From Bacteroidota bacterium (GTDB taxonomy: Bacteria > Bacteroidota > Bacteroidia > Cytophagales > UBA9547), in NCBI GenBank assembly GCA_004293915.1, contig RDZG01000069.1, positions 2,626 through 66,625 of the forward strand: DNA of 64,000 nucleotides, given 5' to 3'. Shown piece after piece: positions 28,797-39,756 of this stretch (position 1 is its first letter; each line of letters opens with the position of its first letter). The notes below the pieces were generated by a model, which was not told where the DNA came from, searched no databases, and worked only from the letters and a program-made list of their open reading frames with translations. A program made the translations under genes and the position numbers.

Positions 28797-31700
28797 TTAT
28801 ACAGTTGCACCAAAAACAATCATATCATCAACCTGAGGATTATCATTTCCCATCCAATTATTCATCGTATCAAAAATTTCTTGTTTTTGAGTATTAATGG
28901 GTTGAGCAGAAATGGCATGCAATTTTTCTTTTAAACGTTTAACCATAAATTTACGTTTGTCGGGTCCTCCAAATTGGTCTTGAAATCCATCAGTACATAA
29001 ATAAAATGTTGTTGGCGTTGAAATATCAATTTCGTGTTTAGTAAAGCTTACTTTGTCGTTTTCGTCAGTTCGTCCTCCAATTGGTCTTTTGTCTGCTTTA
29101 ATCTCAAAAAACTCCCCATTTTGAACATAATACAATGGATTCATAGCACCTGCATAAGCCATTTTTTTAGCTTTCGCATCAATTACAACAATGCCGACAT
29201 CCATACCATCTCTAATGTCGTTTTCGTTTTGTTTTAATGTTTGTGCAACTCCAAAGTGCAAAACTGAAAGTATCAATTCAGGAGATGTAATTTTCTTTTC
29301 ACGAACAATTTGATCAAGTTGATTATCTCCAATCATTGTCATAAATGCACCTGGAACACCGTGTCCAGTGCAATCGGCAATAACAATTATAATTTTATCA
29401 CTCACATAATCAATCCAATAAAAATCGCCACTAATAATATCTTTGGGTTTGTAATATAAAAAGTGGTTCGGAATCAATGATTTTACATACTCATCTGCTG
29501 GTAATAATGCTGATTGTATGCGTTTTGCATAGTTTATCGAAGCTATAATATCTTTGTTTTTTTCTTCTATTATATGTGATTGTTCTTGTATTTGAACTTC
29601 GGCTTCTTTTCTTTGTAGCGATTTGTAAGCAATTGTTAAAATATCTGCTATCGATTTTGTAAAGTTAAAATCTATTACATCAAATTTTTTCACTACATTT
29701 TTATGTTCACAACAAATTACACCACGAACTAATCCATCCACATAATATGGAATATCTAGCATCGATTTTATATTATTTGGCTTTAAATAATTTTCATTGA
29801 ATTCTATAGTATTCAAATCACTTTCTGCATTTGGTGCATTGATAGGTTCTCCACTTGTAATAGCTTGAAAATAAATTGGATAATCTTTTTGAGAAATAGA
29901 TATAGATGGCAAATATTTCATTTCATCTTTATTATACATTGCAAGGCTAGTGAGGGTTTCATTGTCTTGGCTCAATTCCCAAACGCCAACTTGTGTAATA
30001 TCTAAAGAAAGTGAAGTTTTTTGCGCAATTTCTTTGATAGATGTTTCAAAGTTTCCTTGTTGGATATTTTTGCTTTTTGCCAAATTCATCAATACTTTGC
30101 TATTGGCTTCAAACTCACGATTTTGATTTTCTATAAATCTTTTTTCTTCATCTAATTGTTTTACAAGCGATTGCGTTTCTTCATACGATTGATTGATTTT
30201 AATTGCTTGACGCTCCATTTCTGTTTTTTGAGCATTTACAGTAGAAATTACACCTTCCAATTCTCTGTTTTTAGCTTCTACTTGTATTTTTTGGATTTCG
30301 GCTTCTTGATTTGATTTAGAAAGTGCCAAAGTTTGTTCTTCTAGCTCAGATTTACCTTTTTCTAATTCTCCCAAAACAGATTGAAGTGCCATTTTTTCGC
30401 CTTTCACATCCTTTACCATTTTGTTGAATACATTTGAGAGGTTTTCTATTTCGTCACCTGTATTCACATCGGCATGCACATCGAGATTTCCTTTAGAAAC
30501 CTCATCGGCTGCAGCTGAAAGCGTAAAAAGTGGCCTAGAAATACCGCCAGACACAAAATTAGACACGATGGCAATGAGCAAGAATACCAAAATAGAAGCT
30601 ATAATTACTCGTGAACGCACTTGATTGATAGGCTCAAAAACCTCAGCCTCATCTATTTCTGAAAGCAATGCCCATTTTAAATCTGGATCACTAATTAATG
30701 AATACGAACTTAATACAGGAATATTTCTATAATCATTAATAATTTTGGTTTCCACCAATTTGTTGTGTGCATTTTTTGAAGCATCAGTTTTTACATCGGC
30801 ATAAAGTATAGAAGTTTTATAAGCTTTCATAAACTCTAATGTAGTATCAGGAACGTTGTATGTTTTCATGGCTTCAAAAAATCCTTTCGGATCTTCGAGA
30901 ATAAAACGAGAGTTGGTCCGCATTTTATAATCAGGTCCTACAATATATGTTTCTCCTGAAGCTCCCAATCCATCTGATTTCCAGTTTTGATTTCCTGTCA
31001 TGATATTATCAATCTCATCAATGGAAAGTTGCAAAACCAGTGTCCCAATTTTTTTGTCGTTTCTAAACATGTTAGTTGCACAAAAAATTGATGGTTCATA
31101 AGCTGAAGGCAAATAAAACTGATAATCATAAATTTTTACAGTATTTGTACTTTGTACTTTTTTAAACTCATTGTAAATTTTATAAATATTAGTTTCTTTT
31201 ATCATTGGATCGTTTACATTGGCAGCAAAATCGAGCTCTTTTGCCACTGTATAAACTATATTTCCATCGTTATCAATCAAGAAAATATCATAATACTTAA
31301 ATTTTTCGAGCGCATCTTTTAAAAGTAAATCGTATTTTTCATGCACATTAAAATAGGGTTTATCTTTGGTTACTCTTTCGCCTCTATTTGCAATATAGTG
31401 ATATTGGTAGAGCAAAGTTTTGGCATTTTTGAGTGGAATGTAATCATAAATAGGTGTATTTTTTTTATCAGATTCTGCTAACTTATTGTAAAAAATATTT
31501 TCATAATAGTTTATAATTTCGGGTTTTACTGTACTCATTTCAGAGCTATCAACTTCAAAATTATTATATGCATTACTCATATCTTCTAAGGCATCCAAAA
31601 AGAAACTATTTGAAGAAAAATAAACTGCTTCCTGCCTAACTTTTTGAATATAGCCTTCAACTTGTCTTTTTCGAAGCTCACGTACAGAAGTTAATCGATC

Positions 31701-31823
31701 AAAAGATTGTTTGGTAATGGTTTCTTTTGTAGTATAATAATTATAAAAACCGAAAATCGCCATTGGAATTAAACCTATCAATTGGAAATAAATCTGAAGA
31801 CGGTTTTTTATATTTTTAAACAT
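28797..31823 (-). CDS. Membrane sensor PP2C/SpoIIE phosphatase (Cache-like, HAMP, coiled coil, GAF, SpoIIE), SiaA-like
   Basis: Two TM helices, HAMP DEIENLSNVFNKM, GAF SMLDIP..GVICCEH, SINYAKRIQ, SGDFYW, ADCTGHGVPGAFM, DGMD, TDGFQDQFGG, QVDD. Confidence 0.9.
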   Translation of the reverse strand: MFKNIKNRLQIYFQLIGLIPMAIFGFYNYYTTKETITKQSFDRLTSVRELRKRQVEGYIQKVRQEAVYFSSNSFFLDALEDMSNAYNNFEVDSSEMSTVKPEIINYYENIFYNKLAESDKKNTPIYDYIPLKNAKTLLYQYHYIANRGERVTKDKPYFNVHEKYDLLLKDALEKFKYYDIFLIDNDGNIVYTVAKELDFAANVNDPMIKETNIYKIYNEFKKVQSTNTVKIYDYQFYLPSAYEPSIFCATNMFRNDKKIGTLVLQLSIDEIDNIMTGNQNWKSDGLGASGETYIVGPDYKMRTNSRFILEDPKGFFEAMKTYNVPDTTLEFMKAYKTSILYADVKTDASKNAHNKLVETKIINDYRNIPVLSSYSLISDPDLKWALLSEIDEAEVFEPINQVRSRVIIASILVFLLIAIVSNFVSGGISRPLFTLSAAADEVSKGNLDVHADVNTGDEIENLSNVFNKMVKDVKGEKMALQSVLGELEKGKSELEEQTLALSKSNQEAEIQKIQVEAKNRELEGVISTVNAQKTEMERQAIKINQSYEETQSLVKQLDEEKRFIENQNREFEANSKVLMNLAKSKNIQQGNFETSIKEIAQKTSLSLDITQVGVWELSQDNETLTSLAMYNKDEMKYLPSISISQKDYPIYFQAITSGEPINAPNAESDLNTIEFNENYLKPNNIKSMLDIPYYVDGLVRGVICCEHKNVVKKFDVIDFNFTKSIADILTIAYKSLQRKEAEVQIQEQSHIIEEKNKDIIASINYAKRIQSALLPADEYVKSLIPNHFLYYKPKDIISGDFYWIDYVSDKIIIVIADCTGHGVPGAFMTMIGDNQLDQIVREKKITSPELILSVLHFGVAQTLKQNENDIRDGMDVGIVVIDAKAKKMAYAGAMNPLYYVQNGEFFEIKADKRPIGGRTDENDKVSFTKHEIDISTPTTFYLCTDGFQDQFGGPDKRKFMVKRLKEKLHAISAQPINTQKQEIFDTMNNWMGNDNPQVDDMIVFGATV

Positions 31824-31844
31824 AATTTAATAATTTTTTAAAAG

Positions 31845-32369
31845 TTAAAGCATTTCTTTATAGAAGAAATACGACTGAATATACTTATTGAATAAACTAA
31901 AAAGACTATACATACAAAACATACTCATTATAAAACAGAAAATAAATACACCTTTTTCGTGTCCATTTGAATTGATAATATGGTCTGGAATATTAAGATA
32001 AGCAGTGCCAATTTCCATGAGTAAGCCATTTATAAGAAAACCAACGCCATAGTTTATACTTAATTTATTTAATTTATGTTCTAAAGCTTCTTGTGTACTT
32101 CCTAAATGCTTGTTTACAATATTAAACAATGTCTCTCTCGATTCTAAAAACACACCCAACATCACAAAAATGGTTGCAATTCCATCAGTTGTTTCTTGCA
32201 ATTCAATTATTTTATTTTGTGGTGGATCTGCTCCCCAATACAAAGTAAGAAAATCAATTATAGAAAGCATTATGGGAACTGATACAAACATTACAACCGT
32301 GAGCATGATCATCAATGCAGGTCGCGAACTTATATTTTTGTAAACCCAAGCAAAAAACTTTTTATCCAT
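31845..32369 (-). CDS. Hypothetical multi-pass membrane protein
   Basis: About four hydrophobic segments; tight spacing with neighbours on the same strand. Confidence 0.65.
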   Translation of the reverse strand: MDKKFFAWVYKNISSRPALMIMLTVVMFVSVPIMLSIIDFLTLYWGADPPQNKIIELQETTDGIATIFVMLGVFLESRETLFNIVNKHLGSTQEALEHKLNKLSINYGVGFLINGLLMEIGTAYLNIPDHIINSNGHEKGVFIFCFIMSMFCMYSLFSLFNKYIQSYFFYKEML

Positions 32370-32386
32370 TTATTTTTTTGTACAAT

Positions 32387-32764
32387 TTAGGACTCAAATT
32401 TTAGAAATCTTATACGACTTACAAAATTTATTTTAAAGATGTTACAAATTACAACATAATAATAAATCATAGATGCAATTCCTAGTGCAAATAAACCTAA
32501 AGTTAGCCATTCTATATTCAAAACAAAAAACTCATCAGCCATCCAAGTAGAATCAGCCACCATCCAACATAATATGGCAAAATTAGAATAGAAACCTTGT
32601 TTTTGGCGTATGCTTTGTATCGTTAGTATCATTGCTACACCAACTGTAGGCATAATCATTAATACTCCCCAAAATTGCTCTTCTCTTACCCAAAATATAT
32701 CTTTCATTAACCAAAGCACAATGTGGAAATTGTCTAATTGTTTTGGAGAGAACTTATTTATCAT
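32387..32764 (-). CDS. Hypothetical small membrane protein
   Basis: NFHIVLWLMKDIFW..NFAILCWMVADSTWM, four hydrophobic segments; first gene of the minus-strand operon. Confidence 0.7.
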   Translation of the reverse strand: MINKFSPKQLDNFHIVLWLMKDIFWVREEQFWGVLMIMPTVGVAMILTIQSIRQKQGFYSNFAILCWMVADSTWMADEFFVLNIEWLTLGLFALGIASMIYYYVVICNIFKINFVSRIRFLKFES

Positions 32765-33098
32765 GAATCTTTTTATTGTTTTATTTTATACTCGTATTTA
32801 TAAAACTTCAAATATTTAGCCTTTTTTAAGTATCTTAAATTTTTGAGTAGTTTTACTACAAATATACTCTTATAGTTTTCTGTTTACTAAAAATGTATTT
32901 AATATAAATGTAATATATTTATCAATATTGGTTATATTGGGCATAACACTAAAAATTAGTGTATAAATTTTCTTAATTCATCTCCATAAAATAACGCTTA
33001 GTCTAAATAGTAAATTTTACTTATATGTATGTATTTTTATATTTAGTGAAGTTTAAGTAAATAATTTCTTTCAAACTTTCTTTTTATAGTATAATTTG

Positions 33099-33106
33099 TA
33101 TTTTTG
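33099..33106 (+). promoter_or_regulatory. Bacteroidota -7 promoter element for leuC
   Basis: TATTTTTG about 30 nt upstream of the ATG. Confidence 0.55.
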
Positions 33107-33135
33107 CAATCCGAAATTAAGGAACGGCAATAAAA

Positions 33136-34533
33136 ATGGCAAAAACATTATTTGATAAAATTTGGGATTCGCATATAGTAAAAAGCCAAGCTGGACATCC
33201 AGATGCACTTTTTATAGATATGCATTTTATTCATGAAGTAACCAGCCCACAAGCGTTTGATGGACTTCGTAAAAGAAATATTCCAGTTTTTATGCCACAT
33301 CGTACAAGAGCAACTGCTGATCACAATGTGCCTACAAAAGACCAACATTTGCCAATAAAAGATGCTATTTCAAAATTTCAAGTAGATAAATTAACAGAAA
33401 ATACAACTGCATTTGGAGTAGAACTTTTTGGTTTAGGGCATCCATTTCAAGGTATTGTACATGTAATTGGACCCGAATTAGGAATTACTCAGCCAGGCAT
33501 GACAATTGTTTGTGGAGATAGTCATACATCTACACATGGCGCTTTTGGAACTATAGCTTTTGGCATTGGAACTTCGGAAGTAGAGATGGTTTTGGCTACA
33601 CAATGTGTGCTTCAATATAGACCTAAAACTATGCGTATTACTATTGATGGCAAATTGAGTAGGGGAGTGCTGTCTAAAGACATTATATTATATGTAATTG
33701 CTCAAATTTCTGCAGCTGGTGGAACAGGCTATTTTGTAGAATTTGCTGGTTCTGCCATTCGTGATTTATCTATGGAAGCTCGCATGACTGTTTGCAATAT
33801 GGCAATCGAAATGGGAGCCAGAGGTGGATTGATTGCACCTGATGAAAAAACATTTGAATATGTAAAAAATAGAGAATTTTCGCCAAAAGCAGGGGAGTGG
33901 GATAAAAAACTTGCTGCTTGGAAAAATTTGTATTCTGATGCTGATGCAAAATTTGATAAAGAATATACTTTTGATGCTGCGGCTATTCAACCTATGATAA
34001 CTTATGGTACAAATCCGGGTATGGGAGTTGGAGTTTCGGATAGATTGCCACTAGAAAACGAAATAAATCCAACCGAACTTTTATCTTTTAAAAAATCGTT
34101 AGAATATATGGGCTTACAATCTGGTCAACAAATGATTGGAAAAGCCATAGATTATGTTTTTATTGGTTCGTGTACCAATTCGAGAATTGAAGATTTGAGA
34201 TTGGTTGCCGAATTTGTGAAAGGAAAGAAAAAAGCAGATGGAGTAGAGGTTTGGATTGTACCAGGTTCCAAACAAGTAGAAAAACAAGCCCAAAAAGAGG
34301 GAATTGACAAAATTTTGAAAGAAGCAGGAATGGAACTGAGAGAACCAGGCTGTTCGGCTTGTTTGGGAATGAACGAAGATAAAGTTCCAGCTGGCAAATA
34401 TTCTGTTTCGACCTCAAATCGTAATTTTGAGGGCAGACAAGGACCGGGTGCAAGAACATTTTTGGTTTCGCCACTTACTGCAGCATTGGCAGCCGTTACA
34501 GGTAAAGTACAAGACATAAGAAAATTTATTTAA
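33136..34533 (+). CDS. leuC: 3-isopropylmalate dehydratase large subunit
   Basis: [60 protein letters not shown]. Confidence 0.98.
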   Translation: MAKTLFDKIWDSHIVKSQAGHPDALFIDMHFIHEVTSPQAFDGLRKRNIPVFMPHRTRATADHNVPTKDQHLPIKDAISKFQVDKLTENTTAFGVELFGLGHPFQGIVHVIGPELGITQPGMTIVCGDSHTSTHGAFGTIAFGIGTSEVEMVLATQCVLQYRPKTMRITIDGKLSRGVLSKDIILYVIAQISAAGGTGYFVEFAGSAIRDLSMEARMTVCNMAIEMGARGGLIAPDEKTFEYVKNREFSPKAGEWDKKLAAWKNLYSDADAKFDKEYTFDAAAIQPMITYGTNPGMGVGVSDRLPLENEINPTELLSFKKSLEYMGLQSGQQMIGKAIDYVFIGSCTNSRIEDLRLVAEFVKGKKKADGVEVWIVPGSKQVEKQAQKEGIDKILKEAGMELREPGCSACLGMNEDKVPAGKYSVSTSNRNFEGRQGPGARTFLVSPLTAALAAVTGKVQDIRKFI

Positions 34534-34583
34534 ATCGTATTAATCAATCATTTATAAATCATAAAACTTAAATTTAAAACAAA

Positions 34584-34691
34584 ATGGGATCATTAATTAG
34601 CTTAGTATTTAATTCATTATTTTCAAAAGCAGGTGCAATTGTAGTTGGTGTAATTGTTGCAATTGTGTTAGTAGTAAAATTTGTATTCTAA
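34584..34691 (+). CDS. 35-aa hydrophobic small ORF between leuC and leuD (not in the ORF track)
   Basis: ATG at 34584 after an A-rich leader; MGSLISLVFNSLFSKAGAIVVGVIVAIVLVVKFVF*; its TAA abuts the leuD ATG. Confidence 0.6.
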   Translation: MGSLISLVFNSLFSKAGAIVVGVIVAIVLVVKFVF

Positions 34692-35276
34692 ATGTCAGAC
34701 AAAAAATTTGTTAAATTAGTTTCTACTGCCGTTCCATTACCAATCGAAAACATAGATACAGACCAAATCATACCTGCACGTTTCTTAAAAGCAACTACAA
34801 GGGAAGGTTTTGGTAATAATTTATTTGCGGATTGGCGTAAGAATGCAGACGGAACGCCAAAAGAGGATTTTGTTTTAAATAACAATACTTATTCGGGTCA
34901 AATACTGGTTGCAGGCAAAAACTTTGGGTGTGGAAGTAGCAGAGAACATGCAGCTTGGGCTTTGGCAGATTATGGGTTTAAGGTTGTAGTTTCAAGTTTT
35001 TTTGCTGATATATTTAAAAATAATGCACTCAATAATTTTATTTTGCCGATTCAAGTTTCAGATTCGTTTTTGAATAAAATTTTTGAAGCAATTAATTCTA
35101 ATCATGCAATAAATCTTACTATTGATTTAGAAAATCAAAAAATTATTTTTGATACATTTTCAGAAAATTTTGATATTAATCCATACAAAAAAACCTGCTT
35201 AATTAATGGTTTTGATGATATTGACTACTTATTAAATCTGAAATCTGACATATTACAGTTCGAGAAATCTATATAA
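34692..35276 (+). CDS. leuD: 3-isopropylmalate dehydratase small subunit
   Basis: [40 protein letters not shown]. Confidence 0.98.
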   Translation: MSDKKFVKLVSTAVPLPIENIDTDQIIPARFLKATTREGFGNNLFADWRKNADGTPKEDFVLNNNTYSGQILVAGKNFGCGSSREHAAWALADYGFKVVVSSFFADIFKNNALNNFILPIQVSDSFLNKIFEAINSNHAINLTIDLENQKIIFDTFSENFDINPYKKTCLINGFDDIDYLLNLKSDILQFEKSI

Positions 35277-35345
35277 AATACAAATTTTTCACTAAAAAAT
35301 ATTACTTAATTTAAACTTATTCTTGTAGTATTCGTATATTTGCGA

Positions 35346-35440
35346 AATGGTTACATTATTTAACCAAAAGATATTTAAGATTAGGTTTAGGTTTGGTTAA
35401 TTTATGAAAGCCCTTTTAATTTTTAAAAGGGTTTTTATTT
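35346..35440 (+). ncRNA. Candidate small RNA (~90 nt) with its own promoter and terminator
   Basis: TATATTTG at 35335-35342; stem TTAACCAAA (35360-68)/TTTGGTTAA (35392-400); terminator AAAGCCCTTTTAA-TTT-TTAAAAGGGTTTTT; no substantial ORF. Confidence 0.45.
35407..35440 (+). terminator. Intrinsic terminator
   Basis: GCCCTTTTAA/TTAAAAGGGT stem followed by TTTTATTT. Confidence 0.75.
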
Positions 35441-35554
35441 TTAGGTGGAGACAGATTATTTAAATTGAACTTGTCAAATTAAAAATCTTTTCAGCTAATT
35501 TTATAATCATGATAATTTTATCATGATTATAAAACTACTTCTAAAAAATGTATT

Positions 35555-35995
35555 TCACTTTGAATTTTGCATTAGTTTATTAATTAATTCTTTTTGCCAA
35601 TTAATTAAATCCCAAGCACGATTCAACTCTGTTCTTAAATTTTCAGTTTGTAACTTTAATTCCTCAAGTATTTTTTCTGAAATAGTTGAATCGCTATTTG
35701 CTTTTGCGTGTTCTTCTAGTAACTGCTGCTGTTGTGTTTGCAACAATAATAATCTACCTTCGCCATAGAGTAACCAATCCATGTTTAGATTATTGAAACA
35801 ATTTCTTATTTCGTAAATCATTTGTGCAGTTATTGGATTTCTACAAGATTCAACAAGTGAAATATACTGTTGAGTAATTTTTAATTTGGAAGCCATTTCT
35901 GCTTGATTTAGTCCAATATATTTTCTGAATTCTCTTAATCTCATGCATTGAGCCCGCTCAGTGTCATGCAAATGTTTAATGTTTTCTGATTCCAT
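35555..35995 (-). CDS. XRE-family HTH transcriptional regulator with coiled-coil tail
   Basis: RLREFRKYIGLNQAEMASKLKITQQYISLVE, LNMDWLLYGEG. Confidence 0.85.
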   Translation of the reverse strand: MESENIKHLHDTERAQCMRLREFRKYIGLNQAEMASKLKITQQYISLVESCRNPITAQMIYEIRNCFNNLNMDWLLYGEGRLLLLQTQQQQLLEEHAKANSDSTISEKILEELKLQTENLRTELNRAWDLINWQKELINKLMQNSK

Positions 35996-36269
35996 TTTTA
36001 TTTTTTTTCAAATATACTATTCAATAATTTATATACAAATGAAATATGTATTTATTTGTATATTATTTTTTATTAGTTATTGAAAAAGTATTAAATCTAT
36101 ATGACCTCAATAATAGTTTGAAAAGAAATAAATTTATAAGTATAAAAAACTGGTCAAATTATTTAACATAATGTATATTATGCAACAAATATAATAATGT
36201 AAATAATTAAAAATTCGTTTAAGATAAACACAATAAATAAACTAATTTTGCTGCATTAATAGACAAAAA

Positions 36270-38777
36270 ATGTTTCATGCAGCCATTGGCAATTTAGGTC
36301 ATCTTTCAATCATAATTTCTTTTGTAACAGCATTATTATCTGCCTTTGGATATTTTGTTTCAGCTTTATCGCCAGATGATTCTTTAGAACATAATTCTTG
36401 GAAAAAGTTTTCAAAATTTACTTTTTACATCCATTCATTTGCTGTTTTAGGAATTATAACTTGCTTATTTACAATCATTTACAATCATTATTACGAATAT
36501 TATTATGCTTGGAGCCATTCGAGCAATAGTTTGCCTGTGCATTTTATGATTTCGTGCTTTTGGGAAGGTCAAGAAGGTAGTTTTTTGCTTTGGATGTTTT
36601 GGCATTGTGTGTTAGGCATTGTTTTGTTGAATACGCAAAAAAAATGGGAAGCACCTATGATGGCTGTTTTTGCATTTGTGCAAGCATTTTTGGCTTCAAT
36701 GATTTTGGGAATTGCTTTGGGAGAACTAAAAATTGGCAGTTCACCTTTTATACTTTTAAGAGATTTTATGGTTGATGCACCTATTTTTCAGATGCAACCC
36801 GAATTTGTACCAAAAGATGGAACAGGTTTAAATCCACTTTTACAAAATTATTGGATGGTTATTCATCCACCTACCTTGTTTTTGGGCTTTGCCACTACCT
36901 TAGTTCCTTTTAGTTTTTGTATTGCTGGCTTAGCAAAAAAAGATTTTACAAATTGGATAAAACCTGCCTTGCCTTGGGCTCATTTTTCTGCTTTAGTTTT
37001 GGGAGTTGGTATTTTGATGGGTGCATATTGGGCTTACGAAACCTTAAATTTTGGAGGATATTGGAACTGGGATCCAGTAGAAAATGCCGTTTATGTGCCT
37101 TGGTTGGTTTTGGTTGCTGCTATACATTCGATGTTGATTGCTGTAAAAAATGGGAACGGATTAAAAACTGCTATTATATTGGTAATCAGTACATTTATAT
37201 TGATTTTATATTCAACATTTTTGACACGAAGTGGCATTTTAGGAAATGCTTCGGTACATTCTTTTACCGATTTAGGGCTTTCTGGACAGCTTTTGATTTA
37301 TCTTTTGTCGTTTATTATTTTAGCCATTATATTATGTGTTAAAATTTGGAAATTATTACCAAAAAACGAAAAAGAAACTTCGGTTTGGAATAGCGATTTT
37401 TGGATTTTTATGGGAATTTTATCTTTGTGTTTGGCTGCGTTTCAAGTTGTTTCTACAACTTCAATTCCTGTTTATAATGCCATTTTAGGAGCATTTGGCA
37501 TAAAATCAAATTTGGCTCTTCCTGCAGACCAAATTGAGCATTACAGCAAGTTTCAACTTTGGATTTCGGCTTCAATTGCTATTTTATCAGGCATTGGGAA
37601 TTATTTTTATTGGAAAAAAATAGATAAGCAATCGATTCAAAATCAATTTTATACTCCCCTATTGCTAACTATTTTATTTACAGCAGGTTGCGTCTTGTTT
37701 TTTGAAGTTAATAAACCACAATATATTGCTTTGTTATTTGCTTCTGTATTTTCAATAGCAAGTAATGGCATTATTTTAATCCATATTTTCAAAAATAAAC
37801 CTGAACTTTCGGGTGGAGCTGTTGCTCATTTAGGAATAGCTTTTATGTTGATTGGAGTTTTGTTTTCGGCTGGGTATTCCAAAGTGGTTTCGCAAAATAC
37901 TACTGGATTGCTTTATTCAAAAGAATTTACAACTCAAATGAATCAAGAAAATACACTTTTATTTCGTAATGAAAAAACTAAAATGGGTGATTATCAAGCA
38001 CTTTATAAAGGAGTACGGATTGAAGCAAATGGTTTTAAAAATTATATAGATAAAGAAATCACACGCCAAACTTCAAATATAAACAAAGCTGTTTTGATTC
38101 AAGATTTGATTCAAAATAATGTAACAATAGCAAAATCTGGCGATACAATAAATTATATGCCCGAAAATACCTTTTATGAAATTGAATTGACAAAAGATAG
38201 CTCAAATACGTTTACGATTTTTCCTAGAGCACAAGTGAACAAAGAAATGGGTTTATTGGCTTCGCCAGATGTGAAAAAATTTGGTACAAAAGATTTGTAT
38301 GCACATGTCTCGTCCATACCCGACCCTGCCGAAGACCGAGAATGGAGTGAGTTGGAAACCAAACAATTAGCTATTGGCGATACATTTTTGGTAAACGATT
38401 ATTATGCAATTTTGGAAAAAGTGCAACGAGTTTATAAAGTTGATGAGTTTGAACTAGGCGAAAATGATGCTGCAGTAAGAGCTTTTATAAAAGTTTTGGC
38501 TAAAGACAATGAATATTATGTTAATCCAACGTATGTAATTCATCGTCAGATGGTTGGAAGGATTTCAGAAGATAATTTAGGCTTAGGAATCAGACTGACC
38601 ATTATGGATATTGATCCTAAAATTGGAAAATTCACAATTGGAATGAATACAACACAAAAAGATTGGGTAATTTTAAAAGCAATGGAAAAACCTGGAATAG
38701 ATTTCCTTTGGGGAGGTGCTATAATTGTTGTTGTAGGTTTTGGAATGGCAATTAGAAGAAGAAATAAAATAGCTTAA
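36270..38777 (+). CDS. ccmF: Cytochrome c heme lyase, CcmF/NrfE family
   Basis: WEGQEGS, GLNPLLQN..MVIHPP, WAYETLNFGGYWNWDPVEN, FLTRSG, SVHSF, AHLG. Confidence 0.92.
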   Translation: MFHAAIGNLGHLSIIISFVTALLSAFGYFVSALSPDDSLEHNSWKKFSKFTFYIHSFAVLGIITCLFTIIYNHYYEYYYAWSHSSNSLPVHFMISCFWEGQEGSFLLWMFWHCVLGIVLLNTQKKWEAPMMAVFAFVQAFLASMILGIALGELKIGSSPFILLRDFMVDAPIFQMQPEFVPKDGTGLNPLLQNYWMVIHPPTLFLGFATTLVPFSFCIAGLAKKDFTNWIKPALPWAHFSALVLGVGILMGAYWAYETLNFGGYWNWDPVENAVYVPWLVLVAAIHSMLIAVKNGNGLKTAIILVISTFILILYSTFLTRSGILGNASVHSFTDLGLSGQLLIYLLSFIILAIILCVKIWKLLPKNEKETSVWNSDFWIFMGILSLCLAAFQVVSTTSIPVYNAILGAFGIKSNLALPADQIEHYSKFQLWISASIAILSGIGNYFYWKKIDKQSIQNQFYTPLLLTILFTAGCVLFFEVNKPQYIALLFASVFSIASNGIILIHIFKNKPELSGGAVAHLGIAFMLIGVLFSAGYSKVVSQNTTGLLYSKEFTTQMNQENTLLFRNEKTKMGDYQALYKGVRIEANGFKNYIDKEITRQTSNINKAVLIQDLIQNNVTIAKSGDTINYMPENTFYEIELTKDSSNTFTIFPRAQVNKEMGLLASPDVKKFGTKDLYAHVSSIPDPAEDREWSELETKQLAIGDTFLVNDYYAILEKVQRVYKVDEFELGENDAAVRAFIKVLAKDNEYYVNPTYVIHRQMVGRISEDNLGLGIRLTIMDIDPKIGKFTIGMNTTQKDWVILKAMEKPGIDFLWGGAIIVVVGFGMAIRRRNKIA

Positions 38778-38780
38778 AAC

Positions 38781-39752
38781 TTACTTTTTAAGCATTTGTC
38801 CAAATTGCTTTGCAAAATAAGTTAAAATGATATTAGCACCAGCACGTTTGATGGCTAAAAGGCTCTCTATCATACATTTATCATGGTCTAACCAACCGTT
38901 TTTACTGGCTGCTTTTATCATGGCATATTCGCCACTGACTTGATAAGCAGAAATGGGCAAATGCGAATTATCTTTTAATAATTTTATTATATCCAAATAT
39001 GCACCTGCTGGTTTAACCATCAAAAAATCTGCACCTTCTTGTGCATCTAATTGGGCTTCAATCAACGCTTCCCTACTGTTTGCAGGATTCATTTGATACG
39101 TTTTTTTATCGCCAGATTTTGGAGCCGAATCCAACGCATCTCTAAAAGGTCCATAAAATGCAGAAGCATATTTTGCAGTGTAACTCATAATAGAAACATC
39201 TGTAAAACCTTGTATATCAAGCTCTTTGCGAATATACCCTACCCTACCATCCATCATATCAGAGGGACCTAAAATATCTGCACCAGATTTGGCTTGTGCA
39301 ATAGCCATTTTGCCTAGAATTTCGAGTGTTTCATCGTTCAAAATTTTTCCGTTTTCGACAAAACCATCGTGTCCATCAGAACTGTAAGGATCCATTGCCA
39401 CATCAGTCATCAAAACTAAATCAGGAAATTGCGATTTTATTGCTCGCAATGCCGAACAATACAAACCATCTTCGTTCCAACTTTCAGAAGCTATTTTATC
39501 TTTTTTAGATTCTTCATAATGTGGGAAAAGTGCAATACTTTTAATACCAAGTTCTTGACATTCAGCCATTTCTGTTAATAAATTATCTAACGAGAATCTG
39601 AAAATTTCTGGCATAGATGCTATTGGAGTTTTGATATTTTTTCCAGCTGTTAAAAACATTGGAAAAATAAAATCATTCATAGAAAGCGAAGTTTCTTGAA
39701 CTAAGTCTCTAATTCCAGCCGATTTTCGGTTTCTTCTTGGTCTAATCAACAT
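38781..39752 (-). CDS. hemB: Porphobilinogen synthase
   Basis: RPRRNR, DVAMDPYSSDGHDG, PSDMMDGR, FYGPFRDA, MVKP, AYQVSGEYAM. Confidence 0.98.
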   Translation of the reverse strand: MLIRPRRNRKSAGIRDLVQETSLSMNDFIFPMFLTAGKNIKTPIASMPEIFRFSLDNLLTEMAECQELGIKSIALFPHYEESKKDKIASESWNEDGLYCSALRAIKSQFPDLVLMTDVAMDPYSSDGHDGFVENGKILNDETLEILGKMAIAQAKSGADILGPSDMMDGRVGYIRKELDIQGFTDVSIMSYTAKYASAFYGPFRDALDSAPKSGDKKTYQMNPANSREALIEAQLDAQEGADFLMVKPAGAYLDIIKLLKDNSHLPISAYQVSGEYAMIKAASKNGWLDHDKCMIESLLAIKRAGANIILTYFAKQFGQMLKK

Positions 39753-39756
39753 AAAA

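Noticed and set aside
35523-35768. Plus-strand 81-aa ORF with a CCCC run
   Set aside because: Antisense of the Gln-rich stretch in the XRE regulator
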